From contig WALG01000111.1 of NCBI GenBank assembly GCA_015522955.1, positions 1 to 37,021 of the forward strand: a stretch of 37,021 bases of DNA. The letters are read 5' to 3'. A program made the translations under genes and the position numbers. The notes under the pieces are model-generated. The model did not search any database and was not told the DNA's origin. It saw only the letters and a list, made by a program, of their open reading frames with translations. The DNA is from DHVE2 group archaeon (GTDB taxonomy: Archaea > Thermoplasmatota > Thermoplasmata > Thermoplasmatales > Aciduliprofundaceae). Positions 16,442 through 25,304 of the stretch are shown one piece after another; the first letter of the stretch is position 1; the number at the start of each line of letters is the position of its first letter.

Positions 16442-16452
16442 TTAAATATATA
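16442..16452 (+). promoter_or_regulatory. TATA box of the 13-gene mrp/mbs-like operon
   Basis: 'ttaaatatata' lies about 35-45 nt upstream of the first start codon (16487/16496). It is the only strong A/T box in the 208-nt divergent spacer on this side. Confidence 0.4.
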
Positions 16453-16486
16453 ACTGCAGATTACGGGCCAGAAACCTACAAAGAAG

Positions 16487-17020
16487 GTGATATCTTTGGA
16501 AGAAACTGGCAAAATTAGCCGATTCCTTTACGCGTTCATAATCTACACCATAATATGGTGCATACTCATCTATTCTCCCGGGATTGATGCAACGCATTAT
16601 ATTCAGGAGTTTTCTGTGGGACTTATCTTTGCCTTAATTGCTGCAGCACTGAGTTATCGTCATCTCTCAATTAAGGGTCTGAGAAATCTGTCACCACGGA
16701 GGATAGCATGGGCTATTGCTTATATTCCCGTGTTTCTGTGGGCCATGATAAAGGCAAATCTGGATGTGGCGTATCGTGTGTTGCATCCAAAGAGACCCAT
16801 AAGGCCTGGAATAGTGAGAATACGTACCAATCTCAAAAACCCTGCTGGAAAACTGGCTCTTGCAAACTCTATAACTCTCACTCCAGGAACCATGACAATG
16901 CAGATAATCGATGATAAATATTACATTCACTGGATTTATGTGAGAAGCGAGGATGAAGTGGAAGCAGGGAAGCATATTAAGGGTAACTTTGAAAAGTATC
17001 TGGAGGAGGTGTTTGAGTGA
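16487..17020 (+). CDS. mrpE: Mrp/Mnh antiporter-like subunit E (MbxA/MbsA-equivalent)
   Basis: 177-aa ORF with 'ANLDVAYRVLHP..PI.PGIV' and 'LANSITLTPGT', typical of MnhE. The start is uncertain: GTG 16487, or TTG 16496 which sits 6 nt after a GGTGA SD. Confidence 0.85.
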   Translation: MISLEETGKISRFLYAFIIYTIIWCILIYSPGIDATHYIQEFSVGLIFALIAAALSYRHLSIKGLRNLSPRRIAWAIAYIPVFLWAMIKANLDVAYRVLHPKRPIRPGIVRIRTNLKNPAGKLALANSITLTPGTMTMQIIDDKYYIHWIYVRSEDEVEAGKHIKGNFEKYLEEVFE

Positions 17021-17283
17021 CCTGCCCTATTTCGCTGTGCTCAATTTTTATCGGAATTATCTCAGTAGCCACTTTTCTCTCTATAGTTCGTGCAATAAAA
17101 GGACCCACAGGAGCAGATAGAGTTGTAGCCTTGGATGTAATGACAAATATAACGATTGTGCTTCTCGTTCTCCTTGGCTATTATTTTCAGAGATTTGTGT
17201 ACCTTGATGTCGCGCTTGTGTATGGAATATTATCATTTGTGGGCGTTATAGCCGCAGCCCGTTATCTGGAGGGAGGTTTATGA
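17017..17283 (+). CDS. mrpF: Mrp/Mnh antiporter-like subunit F (MbsB-equivalent)
   Basis: 88-aa ORF with 3 TM helices and 'GPTGADRVVALD', typical of MnhF. The GTG start overlaps the upstream stop (GTGA). Confidence 0.85.
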   Translation: MTCPISLCSIFIGIISVATFLSIVRAIKGPTGADRVVALDVMTNITIVLLVLLGYYFQRFVYLDVALVYGILSFVGVIAAARYLEGGL

Positions 17284-17624
17284 GCATTGCCATTCTGATT
17301 CTTCAGATTCTGGGGTATATATTTATAGGTATAGGCTCGTTCTTTCTTTTGCTCGCATCCATAGGATTGCTTCGCATGCCTGATGTTTACAATCGTATGC
17401 AGACCGCAACCAAGGCTACAACACTTGGAGCGTTAAGTGTTCTTTTTGGCGTAGGACTTCTGGATCTCGCATGGATGCCCATGAGTATTGTGATTGCGCT
17501 GTTCATACTTCTGACCGCGCCTGTGGGTGCAAGTGCACTGGCTAGGGCAAGTTACAAGCACGGGATAAAACTGTGGAAGGAAAGTGTGGTTGACAAATAC
17601 AAAGAAGAAAAGGAGGAGGAGTGA
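17280..17624 (+). CDS. mrpG: Mrp/Mnh antiporter-like subunit G (MbsC-equivalent)
   Basis: 114-aa ORF with 'LRMPDVYNRMQTATKATTLG', typical of MnhG. ATGA start/stop overlap. Confidence 0.85.
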   Translation: MSIAILILQILGYIFIGIGSFFLLLASIGLLRMPDVYNRMQTATKATTLGALSVLFGVGLLDLAWMPMSIVIALFILLTAPVGASALARASYKHGIKLWKESVVDKYKEEKEEE

Positions 17625-17626
17625 AT

Positions 17627-17875
17627 ATGGATCTTTTTACTCTTGTGTCTCTAATACTGATCATTGCGATGCTCATTGCCGCAGTAGTGGCAGCAGAGTT
17701 GAAGGATCTTCTCTCTGCAGCAGTGGCTTTAGGTGTGGTTAGCCTTATAGTATCCATCCTGTTCTATATACTCCAAGCACCCGATGTGGCAATTACTGAG
17801 GCATCCATAGGTGCAGGGCTCAGCATGGCGGTTTTGATTTTTGCAATAAAGCATACTGAGAGGTGGGAGAAATGA
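17627..17875 (+). CDS. Small membrane subunit, DUF4040 / MnhB N-terminal-like (MbsD-equivalent)
   Basis: 82 aa from ATG 17627, with the SD AGGAGGAGGA 6 nt upstream. The alternative GTG 17621 has no spacing to the SD. 'LQAPDVAITEASIGAGLS' is typical of DUF4040. Confidence 0.75.
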   Translation: MDLFTLVSLILIIAMLIAAVVAAELKDLLSAAVALGVVSLIVSILFYILQAPDVAITEASIGAGLSMAVLIFAIKHTERWEK

Positions 17876-18603
17876 AGCGAATAGTAGCGGCAATATTGGC
17901 TATACTAATATTTATTGTGCTTGCTCTAGCATTTGTGAAGATACCATTTGGAAATATCAATCTGAGCGATTATCATTATTACAATCCTATAACGGATAAG
18001 CAGACCTCCGACTCAGTACCTCAGCATTATCTTGTGGATGGAAAGAAAGATACAGGGTCTACTAATATAGTAACTGCCGTGGTTGTAGATTACAGAGGCT
18101 TTGATACCCTGGGCGAAGTAACGGTGTTATTTCTTGCAGCCACTGGAGTGGGCTCTATAATGTACATATTTGAGAAGGAGAAACGCAGAAAGGTGCGCCG
18201 TGCAAATGCTGTGGTTGAGACTGCCTCCCAGTTGTTGTTCGGGTTCATAGTGCTGTTTGGCGCGTATATATTCGTACATGGGCACCTGACTCCAGGAGGT
18301 GGCTTTCCGGGAGGTGCCGTGATTGCCTCGGCATTTCTTTTGCTGTATCTTGCATATCCAAGGTTCCATGCAGAGCATAAAACACTCAACGTGGCGGAGA
18401 GTCTGGCTGGATTGACATTTGTCATAGCAGGTCTACTTGGGCTCCTCATATCAGGCTCGTTCCTTTACAATTTCCTGCCATTTGGAGTGCCTACATATCT
18501 TTTCAGTGCAGGTATAATCCCCGTAATCTATGTAGCAGTGGGCGTTAAGGTGGGAAGTGAACTTACCGGCATTGTGGATGCAATGATGGGGGTGAGAGAA
18601 TGA
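17872..18603 (+). CDS. mrpB: MnhB-domain membrane subunit (MbsE/F-equivalent)
   Basis: 243 aa from ATG 17872 (ATGA overlap). 'NIVTAVVVDYRGFDTLGE' and 'GHLTPGGGFPGG' are typical of MnhB. Confidence 0.8.
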   Translation: MKRIVAAILAILIFIVLALAFVKIPFGNINLSDYHYYNPITDKQTSDSVPQHYLVDGKKDTGSTNIVTAVVVDYRGFDTLGEVTVLFLAATGVGSIMYIFEKEKRRKVRRANAVVETASQLLFGFIVLFGAYIFVHGHLTPGGGFPGGAVIASAFLLLYLAYPRFHAEHKTLNVAESLAGLTFVIAGLLGLLISGSFLYNFLPFGVPTYLFSAGIIPVIYVAVGVKVGSELTGIVDAMMGVRE

Positions 18604-18938
18604 TTCCATATTACTATCTTGCCTCCATTGCGCTCATTGTCATAGGAATATACGTGGTTATTGCAAAGAAGAATCTGATAAAGATAATCATTGGGCTGGA
18701 TCTCATGGATACCGGTGTGAATCTGCTTCTTATTGCCATAGGATATGTGAAGGGAGGTACTGCACCTATCGAGAATGCAAACTATGCTTTGTATGTGGAT
18801 CCCATTCCGCAGGCACTTGTGCTCACGGCCATCGTGATAGGTGTGTCTGTTATGGCCCTCGCATTATCTATGGTGATTGGACTCTACAAGAATATTGGTA
18901 CTCTTGAAATTGATGAGTTAAGGAGGGTGAAAGAATGA
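18600..18938 (+). CDS. mrpC: MnhC / NuoK-like membrane subunit (MbsG-equivalent)
   Basis: 112-aa ORF with 3 TM helices and 'GLDLMDTGVNLLLIAIGY'. ATGA overlap and GGGGGTGA SD. Confidence 0.8.
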   Translation: MIPYYYLASIALIVIGIYVVIAKKNLIKIIIGLDLMDTGVNLLLIAIGYVKGGTAPIENANYALYVDPIPQALVLTAIVIGVSVMALALSMVIGLYKNIGTLEIDELRRVKE

Positions 18939-20359
18939 TGGTACAACCTGTGCTTCTCATTGCATTGCCTCTATTCTTTGCATTTTTATTGCCCCTTATA
19001 TCTCTATGGTCAAAGAAGGTGCTCAAATATGTAGTTATGGGTGTTATGGCATTCAATGCTATACTTGCGTTTATCGTGCTTATTGAGGCTCTTAAGGCAC
19101 CTATATTTGATATAATTGCAGGATTTCAGCCACCCTTGGGCATAGTGCTCATGGTCGGGCCTCTGGGAGCGTTCATTGCACTGGTTATTAATGTTGCGGC
19201 ATTTGTAATCTCGCTGTATAGCGCTACAGTTACAAAAGAACCGCTTCTAAAGTATTATATGTTATCTCTGCTCATACTCATGGGTGCTACAGGTATGGTT
19301 CTCACGGGCGATCTTTTTAATCTGTTTGTGTTCCTAGAGGTCACATCCATAGCTGCATACGGTCTGGCCTCGTACAATAAGGATAGAAAGGGATTTGAAG
19401 GTGCATTGAAGTATGTGATCATGGGCTCTATAGGCAGTTCGTTCGTACTTATAGGCATTGCCATAATCTATGCACAATTGAGAACTCTGAACATGCTGGA
19501 TATTGCCACCAGGCTGGGAGAGATGGATCCCTACACGAAGATTGTAGCCTTCGTGTCCCTGTTTCTTGGATTCGGGGTAGAAGCAGAGATGTTTCCGCTC
19601 AATGCATGGGTTCCTGAGACTTATGATGGTGCTCCGCATCCAGTTAGCGCAATGTTTGCATCCATGTCTGCAAAGTCGGGAATATTCGCTCTAGCAAGAG
19701 TAATATTCACAATATTTGCGTTTTCAAACTATCTGTGGTTTGTGGTGATAATGGGCATACTTACCGTATTCTTCGGAGAGATTATTGCCTATGTGCAGAA
19801 AAATATCAAGAGAATGCTGGCTTATTCATCTATAGGACAGATGGGTATGATAATAATGGGTTTAGGTATAGGCACCGTTCTGTCTGTTCAGGGTGCGTTT
19901 TTCCAGATGTTCTCTCATGCCATGGGCAAGGCACTGTTGTTCATTGCTGCTGGATACATGATCTACGCTGCGGGTACGGATAGAATGGATAAGATGAAGG
20001 GAATTGGACGCAATCCACTGATAGGTATACCTCTGCTAATAGGTATCTTGTCAATTATGGGCATGCCTCCTTTCATTGGATTCTACGGCAAGTTCTACAT
20101 CTTGATGGGAGGGTTTCAGCAAGGTTATTATGCAATAATCGCGCTATTCTTGGCAGCGAGCATAGTGGAGGTTGCATACTATGCAAGATTCATCAAGATC
20201 GCATTTGAAAAGAGTGAGAGAAAATATCCAGCGCCAAATATCTGGGTCTATGCACCCCTGATCATATTTGCTATCATAATCGTGCTGTTTGGCATATACC
20301 CAAAGCCGGTGATGGATATTCTATCTCATGTGGCCGCATTCCTGGCAGGAGGTGCGTAA
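18935..20359 (+). CDS. mrpD: MrpD / NuoN-NuoM-like antiporter subunit (MbsH-equivalent)
   Basis: 474-aa polytopic ORF with 'FNLFVFLEVTSIA', 'MFPLNAWVPETYDGAP' and 'LAYSSIGQMG', the proton-conducting complex I antiporter family. Confidence 0.85.
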   Translation: MMVQPVLLIALPLFFAFLLPLISLWSKKVLKYVVMGVMAFNAILAFIVLIEALKAPIFDIIAGFQPPLGIVLMVGPLGAFIALVINVAAFVISLYSATVTKEPLLKYYMLSLLILMGATGMVLTGDLFNLFVFLEVTSIAAYGLASYNKDRKGFEGALKYVIMGSIGSSFVLIGIAIIYAQLRTLNMLDIATRLGEMDPYTKIVAFVSLFLGFGVEAEMFPLNAWVPETYDGAPHPVSAMFASMSAKSGIFALARVIFTIFAFSNYLWFVVIMGILTVFFGEIIAYVQKNIKRMLAYSSIGQMGMIIMGLGIGTVLSVQGAFFQMFSHAMGKALLFIAAGYMIYAAGTDRMDKMKGIGRNPLIGIPLLIGILSIMGMPPFIGFYGKFYILMGGFQQGYYAIIALFLAASIVEVAYYARFIKIAFEKSERKYPAPNIWVYAPLIIFAIIIVLFGIYPKPVMDILSHVAAFLAGGA

Positions 20360-20360
20360 T

Positions 20361-22172
20361 ATGGAGATTCTTGGTATATTTGGAATATTCGTGCTTGTGC
20401 CGCTTATTGGAAGCGTAATCGCTTATCTCTTCAGAAAATATGCTGTGGCAGTGGCTGCAATATTTGCCGCTGTTCCCAGCATAGCACTGTATCCGTTCTA
20501 TGACACGAATGTGAGCAGAATCATAAATATAGGGGTGAAACTGAATCTGACACTCGATCCCACAACATGGTTCTTCATGCTCATGCTCGATACACTGGCA
20601 TTTTCTGCACTTCTATTTGCAATACCATACATCAAGAAGGCACAGGGTAATTTTGCCACACTTATACTGGTGGCACTTGCAGGCGCCAATGGTGTACTCA
20701 TGGCTCGCGATTTTCTATCCCTATACATATTCTGGGAAATGATGTCATGGGCCACGTACCTGCTTATACTCCGTAAATCGGGAGAGTATGCACGCAGGTA
20801 CCTGCTGTTTGGTGTGCTATCTGCATATTTCATAATCATGGGAATTGGCATAGTTTACTATTACACAGGAAGTTTTCTGTACTCAGCAACAACGGGCATA
20901 CCCATGTCAGGATGGTTCTGGATCTTACTGTTCCTAGTACTGGGGTTTGGAGTTAAGATGGCAGTTGTTCCTCTGCATGTGTGGGCCCCCTACGCCTATT
21001 GTGCAGAGCAGCCGTTTGTGGCATTTCTCTCCGGCGGGCTCAGCAAACTTGGCACTTTTGGAATACTCATGGCCATGTACTCCATTGCCGGAATATCTAT
21101 ACTTCAAGGATTTGGAACGTTTCGAGGAGTCTCGTTGTTTGGTTATCCATTTGCGCTATTGGGTGCGATAACAGCGTTTATAGGCACTGTACTTGCAATA
21201 TTCCAGGATGACCTGCGCAAGTTGCTTGCATACTCATCAATAGGGCAGTTGGGATATGTGATGGTTGGACTCGGCCTTGGTACCTCACTTGCGCTTGGAG
21301 GTGCAATATTTCATGCGTTCAATCACGCATTTTTCAAGAGTTTGCTGTTTCTGGGCGCAGGTGCCGTGATCTATCGCACTGGAAAATATAAGATAAGCGA
21401 GATGGGTGGCCTGGGATACAAGATGCCATTCACTTTTCTGTTTGTGCTATTTGCAATATTCGCTCTTGCAGGCATACCGATTACCTCAGGCTTCATATCC
21501 AAATGGATGCTCTACGAGGCTGCCATTGCAAAGAAGTTTGTGTTCATAGCGCCTCTAATGCTCATTGCCTCTGTGGGCGCATTTTTGTACTGTTTCCGCA
21601 TCCTTTATGGTGTGTTTCTGGGCCAGTTAAGTGAGGAGCATAAAGATGTGAAAGAGGCCCCAGCACCCATGCTGGCGGCAATGTTCATCCTCATGCTTCC
21701 TCTTGTGATATTCTCGATAGTTCCCGGCTGGATACTGGGCTGGATTAGCAAGATTCTTGTATCCATGGGGCTTAAGCCTCTTGAGTACTCTACATTTGCC
21801 TACTACTCACCCATAGGCAATGCAAACATGCTGATAATGTGGATTGCATTTATGCTATTGTTCATGGTCTCGATGATAATCTTCATGATGAAAAAGGCAA
21901 GAGTTGTGGACCAACTAGATAATTATCTGGCGGGTGAGGCACCTACACAAGTGCAGTTACACGCGGCCCACAACTTTTACAAGCCTCTTAAAGACACATG
22001 GGCTCCTGTGCTGAAGTACAGTATAAACAGGGCCTATGAGAAATTCTCTCAATTCTTTGTGGAAGGATTCAAGGAGATAAGGAAGATGTACACCGAGAAT
22101 CCACAAGATTATGCGGCGTATATGGGAATTGCATTTCTCATATTTGTGCTGGTAGGATGGTGGTTGCTATGA
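20361..22172 (+). CDS. Second MrpD/MrpA-NuoL-like antiporter subunit with a C-terminal amphipathic extension plus terminal TM (MbsH'-equivalent)
   Basis: 603 aa from ATG 20361, with a GGAGGTG SD. 'LSLYIFWEMMSWATY', 'VVPLHVWAPYAY' and 'LAYSSIGQLGY'. The last ~100 aa contain a polar/amphipathic stretch and then one TM helix ('YMGIAFLIFVLVGWWLL'), reminiscent of the NuoL/MrpA lateral-helix arrangement. Confidence 0.8.
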   Translation: MEILGIFGIFVLVPLIGSVIAYLFRKYAVAVAAIFAAVPSIALYPFYDTNVSRIINIGVKLNLTLDPTTWFFMLMLDTLAFSALLFAIPYIKKAQGNFATLILVALAGANGVLMARDFLSLYIFWEMMSWATYLLILRKSGEYARRYLLFGVLSAYFIIMGIGIVYYYTGSFLYSATTGIPMSGWFWILLFLVLGFGVKMAVVPLHVWAPYAYCAEQPFVAFLSGGLSKLGTFGILMAMYSIAGISILQGFGTFRGVSLFGYPFALLGAITAFIGTVLAIFQDDLRKLLAYSSIGQLGYVMVGLGLGTSLALGGAIFHAFNHAFFKSLLFLGAGAVIYRTGKYKISEMGGLGYKMPFTFLFVLFAIFALAGIPITSGFISKWMLYEAAIAKKFVFIAPLMLIASVGAFLYCFRILYGVFLGQLSEEHKDVKEAPAPMLAAMFILMLPLVIFSIVPGWILGWISKILVSMGLKPLEYSTFAYYSPIGNANMLIMWIAFMLLFMVSMIIFMMKKARVVDQLDNYLAGEAPTQVQLHAAHNFYKPLKDTWAPVLKYSINRAYEKFSQFFVEGFKEIRKMYTENPQDYAAYMGIAFLIFVLVGWWLL

Positions 22173-23137
22173 GCATTGTAAATATTCTAATTCAGAGTAC
22201 ACTCGTGGCCCTGTATCTATTTCTTGCAATATGCATAGGCTTACTGTTTATGGGTATTGCCAGGAAGGTTACAGCCAGAATACAGAATAGAGTAGGACCT
22301 CCAATATACCAGAACTTCATAGATGTGGGTAAGTTACTTGCAAAAAAGACAAATATAAAACATAACTGGATCTTCGATTTTGCCCCGCTATTTGCATTGG
22401 CGGGAGTACTTCTTGCACTTGCATATCTGCCCATGGGTGGGTATAAAATGCTTAGTGGTACTGGAGACCTTATACTTCTTCTTTACATAATAGCGATTCC
22501 GGCACTGGGCTTTGCACTGGGCTCTGGAGCATCTGCTAATCCCAATGCGGGTGTGGGTGTAATGAGAGCACTAACACTCATGCTCTCCTATGAGATGCCG
22601 TTTTTACTGGTACTTCTGGCGCTTATGATATTCTACAACACTGCATCTCTCTCCACACTGCTTGAAAAGCAGATGAGTTTTGCCTGGGGTATAGTTGCAC
22701 TTCCTATCTCCGCGTTGGCTGCGGATATAGCATTGCAGGGTATGATGATGGAAAAGCCTTTCGATATACCCATAGCACCCCACGAGATAGCATCTGGGCC
22801 TCTCGTGGAGTTTGGAGGCAAGTATCTGGGCATGCTGATGCTTTACTCTGCGGGAAGTGTTGTTCTCGAGACCACGTTGTTCGTGGATCTGTTTCTGGGA
22901 GGTGGTGTGGTACTCAATCCTGCAACCTATGGCGTTGTTGCCTATGTGGTAAACTACCTAGTATGGTTTGCGCTTATATTTGTGGTCTGGATGATTGCAG
23001 TATTCATCAATGCTGTATTCCCAAGATTCAGAATTGAGCAGGCATTCAAGTTCTACTGGAAATGGCCTACGGTAATTGCAGCCATAGGTCTGGCTCAGGC
23101 GTATATAATGTCTGTGTTTCTGGGGGTGATACCATGA
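22169..23137 (+). CDS. NuoH / HycD-like membrane subunit (MbsM-equivalent)
   Basis: 322 aa from ATG 22169 (ATGA overlap; the alternative is ATG 22157). 'ARKVTARIQNRVGPP' is typical of the NuoH/Hyc subunit-4 family. Polytopic. Confidence 0.8.
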   Translation: MSIVNILIQSTLVALYLFLAICIGLLFMGIARKVTARIQNRVGPPIYQNFIDVGKLLAKKTNIKHNWIFDFAPLFALAGVLLALAYLPMGGYKMLSGTGDLILLLYIIAIPALGFALGSGASANPNAGVGVMRALTLMLSYEMPFLLVLLALMIFYNTASLSTLLEKQMSFAWGIVALPISALAADIALQGMMMEKPFDIPIAPHEIASGPLVEFGGKYLGMLMLYSAGSVVLETTLFVDLFLGGGVVLNPATYGVVAYVVNYLVWFALIFVVWMIAVFINAVFPRFRIEQAFKFYWKWPTVIAAIGLAQAYIMSVFLGVIP

Positions 23138-23682
23138 CCGATAACCCCAATCCCCTGCCGAGCATAATACCTGAGAAAGATTGGAAAAAGATACAGAGAA
23201 TGCTCTCAAAGCGCTCACTATGGATGATACATTTCTGCACTGGATGCGGAGCAATGGAGATGCCACCCACAATGACCTCTAGGTACGATATGGAGAGATT
23301 TGGAATAATACCCATGGCCACTCCCAGACAGGCAGACCTGTTGCTTGTAACAGGGTATGTGGCTGTCAAAACGTTAAAGAGAATAGTGCGTGTGTATGAG
23401 CAAATGCAGGATCCAAAATATGTAATATCGTTTGGCTCGTGCCCCATAAATGGTGGACTCTACTGGGATTCATATAATACAATAAAACGTCTTGATAAGT
23501 ATATACCGGTGGATCTCTATATTGCTGGGTGTATGCCAAGGCCTGAGGCAATAATGGATGCGTTTCTCAAACTTATGAAAGATATTGATGAGGGCCGTGC
23601 AGATGGCTGGCTCAGGTATCGTAAGTACTATGATAAGTACAGAGCCAATCAAATGCGTGTATTCAAGAGGTGGGATGAATGA
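23134..23682 (+). CDS. NuoB / hydrogenase small-subunit-like [4Fe-4S] subunit (MbsJ-equivalent)
   Basis: 182 aa from ATG 23134, with a GGGGGTGAT SD and ATGA overlap. Four cluster Cys are seen in 'FCTGCGAMEM', 'FGSCPINGG' and 'IAGCMPRPE'. Confidence 0.85.
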   Translation: MTDNPNPLPSIIPEKDWKKIQRMLSKRSLWMIHFCTGCGAMEMPPTMTSRYDMERFGIIPMATPRQADLLLVTGYVAVKTLKRIVRVYEQMQDPKYVISFGSCPINGGLYWDSYNTIKRLDKYIPVDLYIAGCMPRPEAIMDAFLKLMKDIDEGRADGWLRYRKYYDKYRANQMRVFKRWDE

Positions 23683-24176
23683 AGGCTATAGAGATATTTA
23701 AAGAACTGGGTATTGAGTATGAAGAGATGAAGGTTAAGGGAAACAGCACTCCAAGATATAGAGCAAAGGTTGAGCCTGATAAACTGGAGGAGATTATTAA
23801 GAAGTTCAAAACTCAGGGATTCAAGCACTTTGTAGCCTTGAGTTGTGTAGACTGGATAAAGGAGGGTAATATGGAACTGATCTATCATCTATTCAGTTAC
23901 GATACTCTTGAGGATGTATTCCTTAGCATATACCTGCCCAGAGATGAGCCAAAATACAAAACGTTGCGGCATTTATTTCCTCAGATAGAAACCTATGAAC
24001 GTGAGGTTCACGAGATGTTTGGCGTGGAGTTTGAGGGCAATGATAGACTCGGCGAGTTCATACTGGAGGACTGGAATGATATGCCCCCAATGCGTAAGGA
24101 TTTCGATACTGTAAAATATGTAAAAGAGAAGTATGAGAGTGTGCCGCTTGTGGAGGGAAGGGGTGATAAGCAATGA
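23679..24176 (+). CDS. NuoC-like 30-kDa-family subunit (MbsK-equivalent)
   Basis: 165-aa ORF with 'YEREVHEMFGVEFEGN', the NuoC signature. ATGA overlaps at both ends. Confidence 0.85.
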   Translation: MKAIEIFKELGIEYEEMKVKGNSTPRYRAKVEPDKLEEIIKKFKTQGFKHFVALSCVDWIKEGNMELIYHLFSYDTLEDVFLSIYLPRDEPKYKTLRHLFPQIETYEREVHEMFGVEFEGNDRLGEFILEDWNDMPPMRKDFDTVKYVKEKYESVPLVEGRGDKQ

Positions 24177-25300
24177 AAGAGTTTGAGATATTTGTGGGAC
24201 CTCAGCATGTGGGTGCTACAGGAAACATGATGTATCATGTATGGGTTGATGGAGATACCGTTGTTAAGGCTGAGACTCATGTGGGCTATCTTCATCGGGC
24301 ATTTGAAAAACTGATGGAGCGACGTTCATGGCTCATGAATGTGGCGCTTATACCCAGAATATGCGTTCCTGAGCCGGATGTTAATGAAGCATCCTATGCC
24401 ATGGCTGTAGAGAGTCTTATGAACTGGGATATTCCCGAGAGAGCAAAGTATATTCGCAGTATAGTTTTAGAACTTGCAAGATTGAGCGGACATCTTCTTG
24501 CCATAAGCGGATATGCAGGTGCAATTGGTCTCTACACCGTGCCTCAGTGGCTTATAGGAGATAGAGATTACCTGCTCGATCTGTTTGAGCAACTCACAGG
24601 CGGCAGAGTTTATCACATCTTTATATTCCCTGGTGGAGTGCGCTGGGATCTGCCTGACGGATTTCTGCGCAAACTTGGCAAGGTTCTTGATTATCTAGAA
24701 TCTCGGCTAAAACTTTATGATGACCTTCTGTTTCAGAACAAAGTATTTTTTGAGAGAGCCCCCGATGTGGGTGTGATACCTAAAGATAAGGCCATAGAAT
24801 GGGGTGTCACAGGTCCAAATCTAAGAGCCTGCGGCTATGCTTACGATGTAAGAAGAGTGGATCCCTATGCTGCATATCCTGACCTGGATTTTGAAATTCC
24901 ACATTACCCAAAATTCGGGGAGTTTGAAGTTCTTGGCCATGGTTGCGATTGCTATTCTCGCATGGTTGTGAGAAGGCTTGAGATTGAGCAAAGCATAAGG
25001 ATTCTAAGACAGATCATAAAAAAGATACCTGATGGACCGCATACTCTCAAACTTCCAAATCCCATTGCTTGGAAGGTACCTGCAGGCTATGCATATGCCC
25101 GTGTTGAGAGTTCAAAGGGTGAGTTTGGATACCTGGTGATAAGCGATGGAGGAAAGGTGCCGTACAGAGTGCATGTTAGAGGGCCCTCCTACACCCATGG
25201 AATAAATGTAATGGAGAAGATTGCTCCGGGGTTGAATATTGCAGATTTCGCTCCTACAGCATTCAGTTTGGATGTGTGTCCTCCAGATATTGAGAGGTGA
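24173..25300 (+). CDS. NuoD / group-4 [NiFe]-hydrogenase large-subunit homologue with degenerate metal ligands (MbxL/MbsL type)
   Basis: 375-aa ORF with 'GPQHVGATG', 'HVGYLHRAFEK' and 'RVHVRGPSY'. The N-terminal ligand motif reads 'RICVPEP' (C-x2-E instead of C-x2-C). The C-terminal motif reads 'DVCPPDIER' (C-x2-D instead of C-x2-C). Confidence 0.85.
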   Translation: MKEFEIFVGPQHVGATGNMMYHVWVDGDTVVKAETHVGYLHRAFEKLMERRSWLMNVALIPRICVPEPDVNEASYAMAVESLMNWDIPERAKYIRSIVLELARLSGHLLAISGYAGAIGLYTVPQWLIGDRDYLLDLFEQLTGGRVYHIFIFPGGVRWDLPDGFLRKLGKVLDYLESRLKLYDDLLFQNKVFFERAPDVGVIPKDKAIEWGVTGPNLRACGYAYDVRRVDPYAAYPDLDFEIPHYPKFGEFEVLGHGCDCYSRMVVRRLEIEQSIRILRQIIKKIPDGPHTLKLPNPIAWKVPAGYAYARVESSKGEFGYLVISDGGKVPYRVHVRGPSYTHGINVMEKIAPGLNIADFAPTAFSLDVCPPDIER

Positions 25301-25304
25301 TGAA

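Noticed and set aside
16279-16486. SurR-type operator (GTTn3AAC) in the divergent promoter region of the mbs-like operon.
   Set aside because: I scanned every GTT/AAC in the spacer and none has the n3 partner. Only the ATTCGAA tandem repeat stands out, and it is reported separately.
24173-25300. Calling the NuoD-like subunit an H2-evolving [NiFe] hydrogenase large subunit (Mbh/Ech type).
   Set aside because: Only two of the four NiFe-ligating cysteines are present ('RICVPEP', 'DVCPPDIER'). No C-terminal cleavage extension and no hyp maturation genes are visible. The duplicated MrpD-like subunit matches Mbx/MBS instead.
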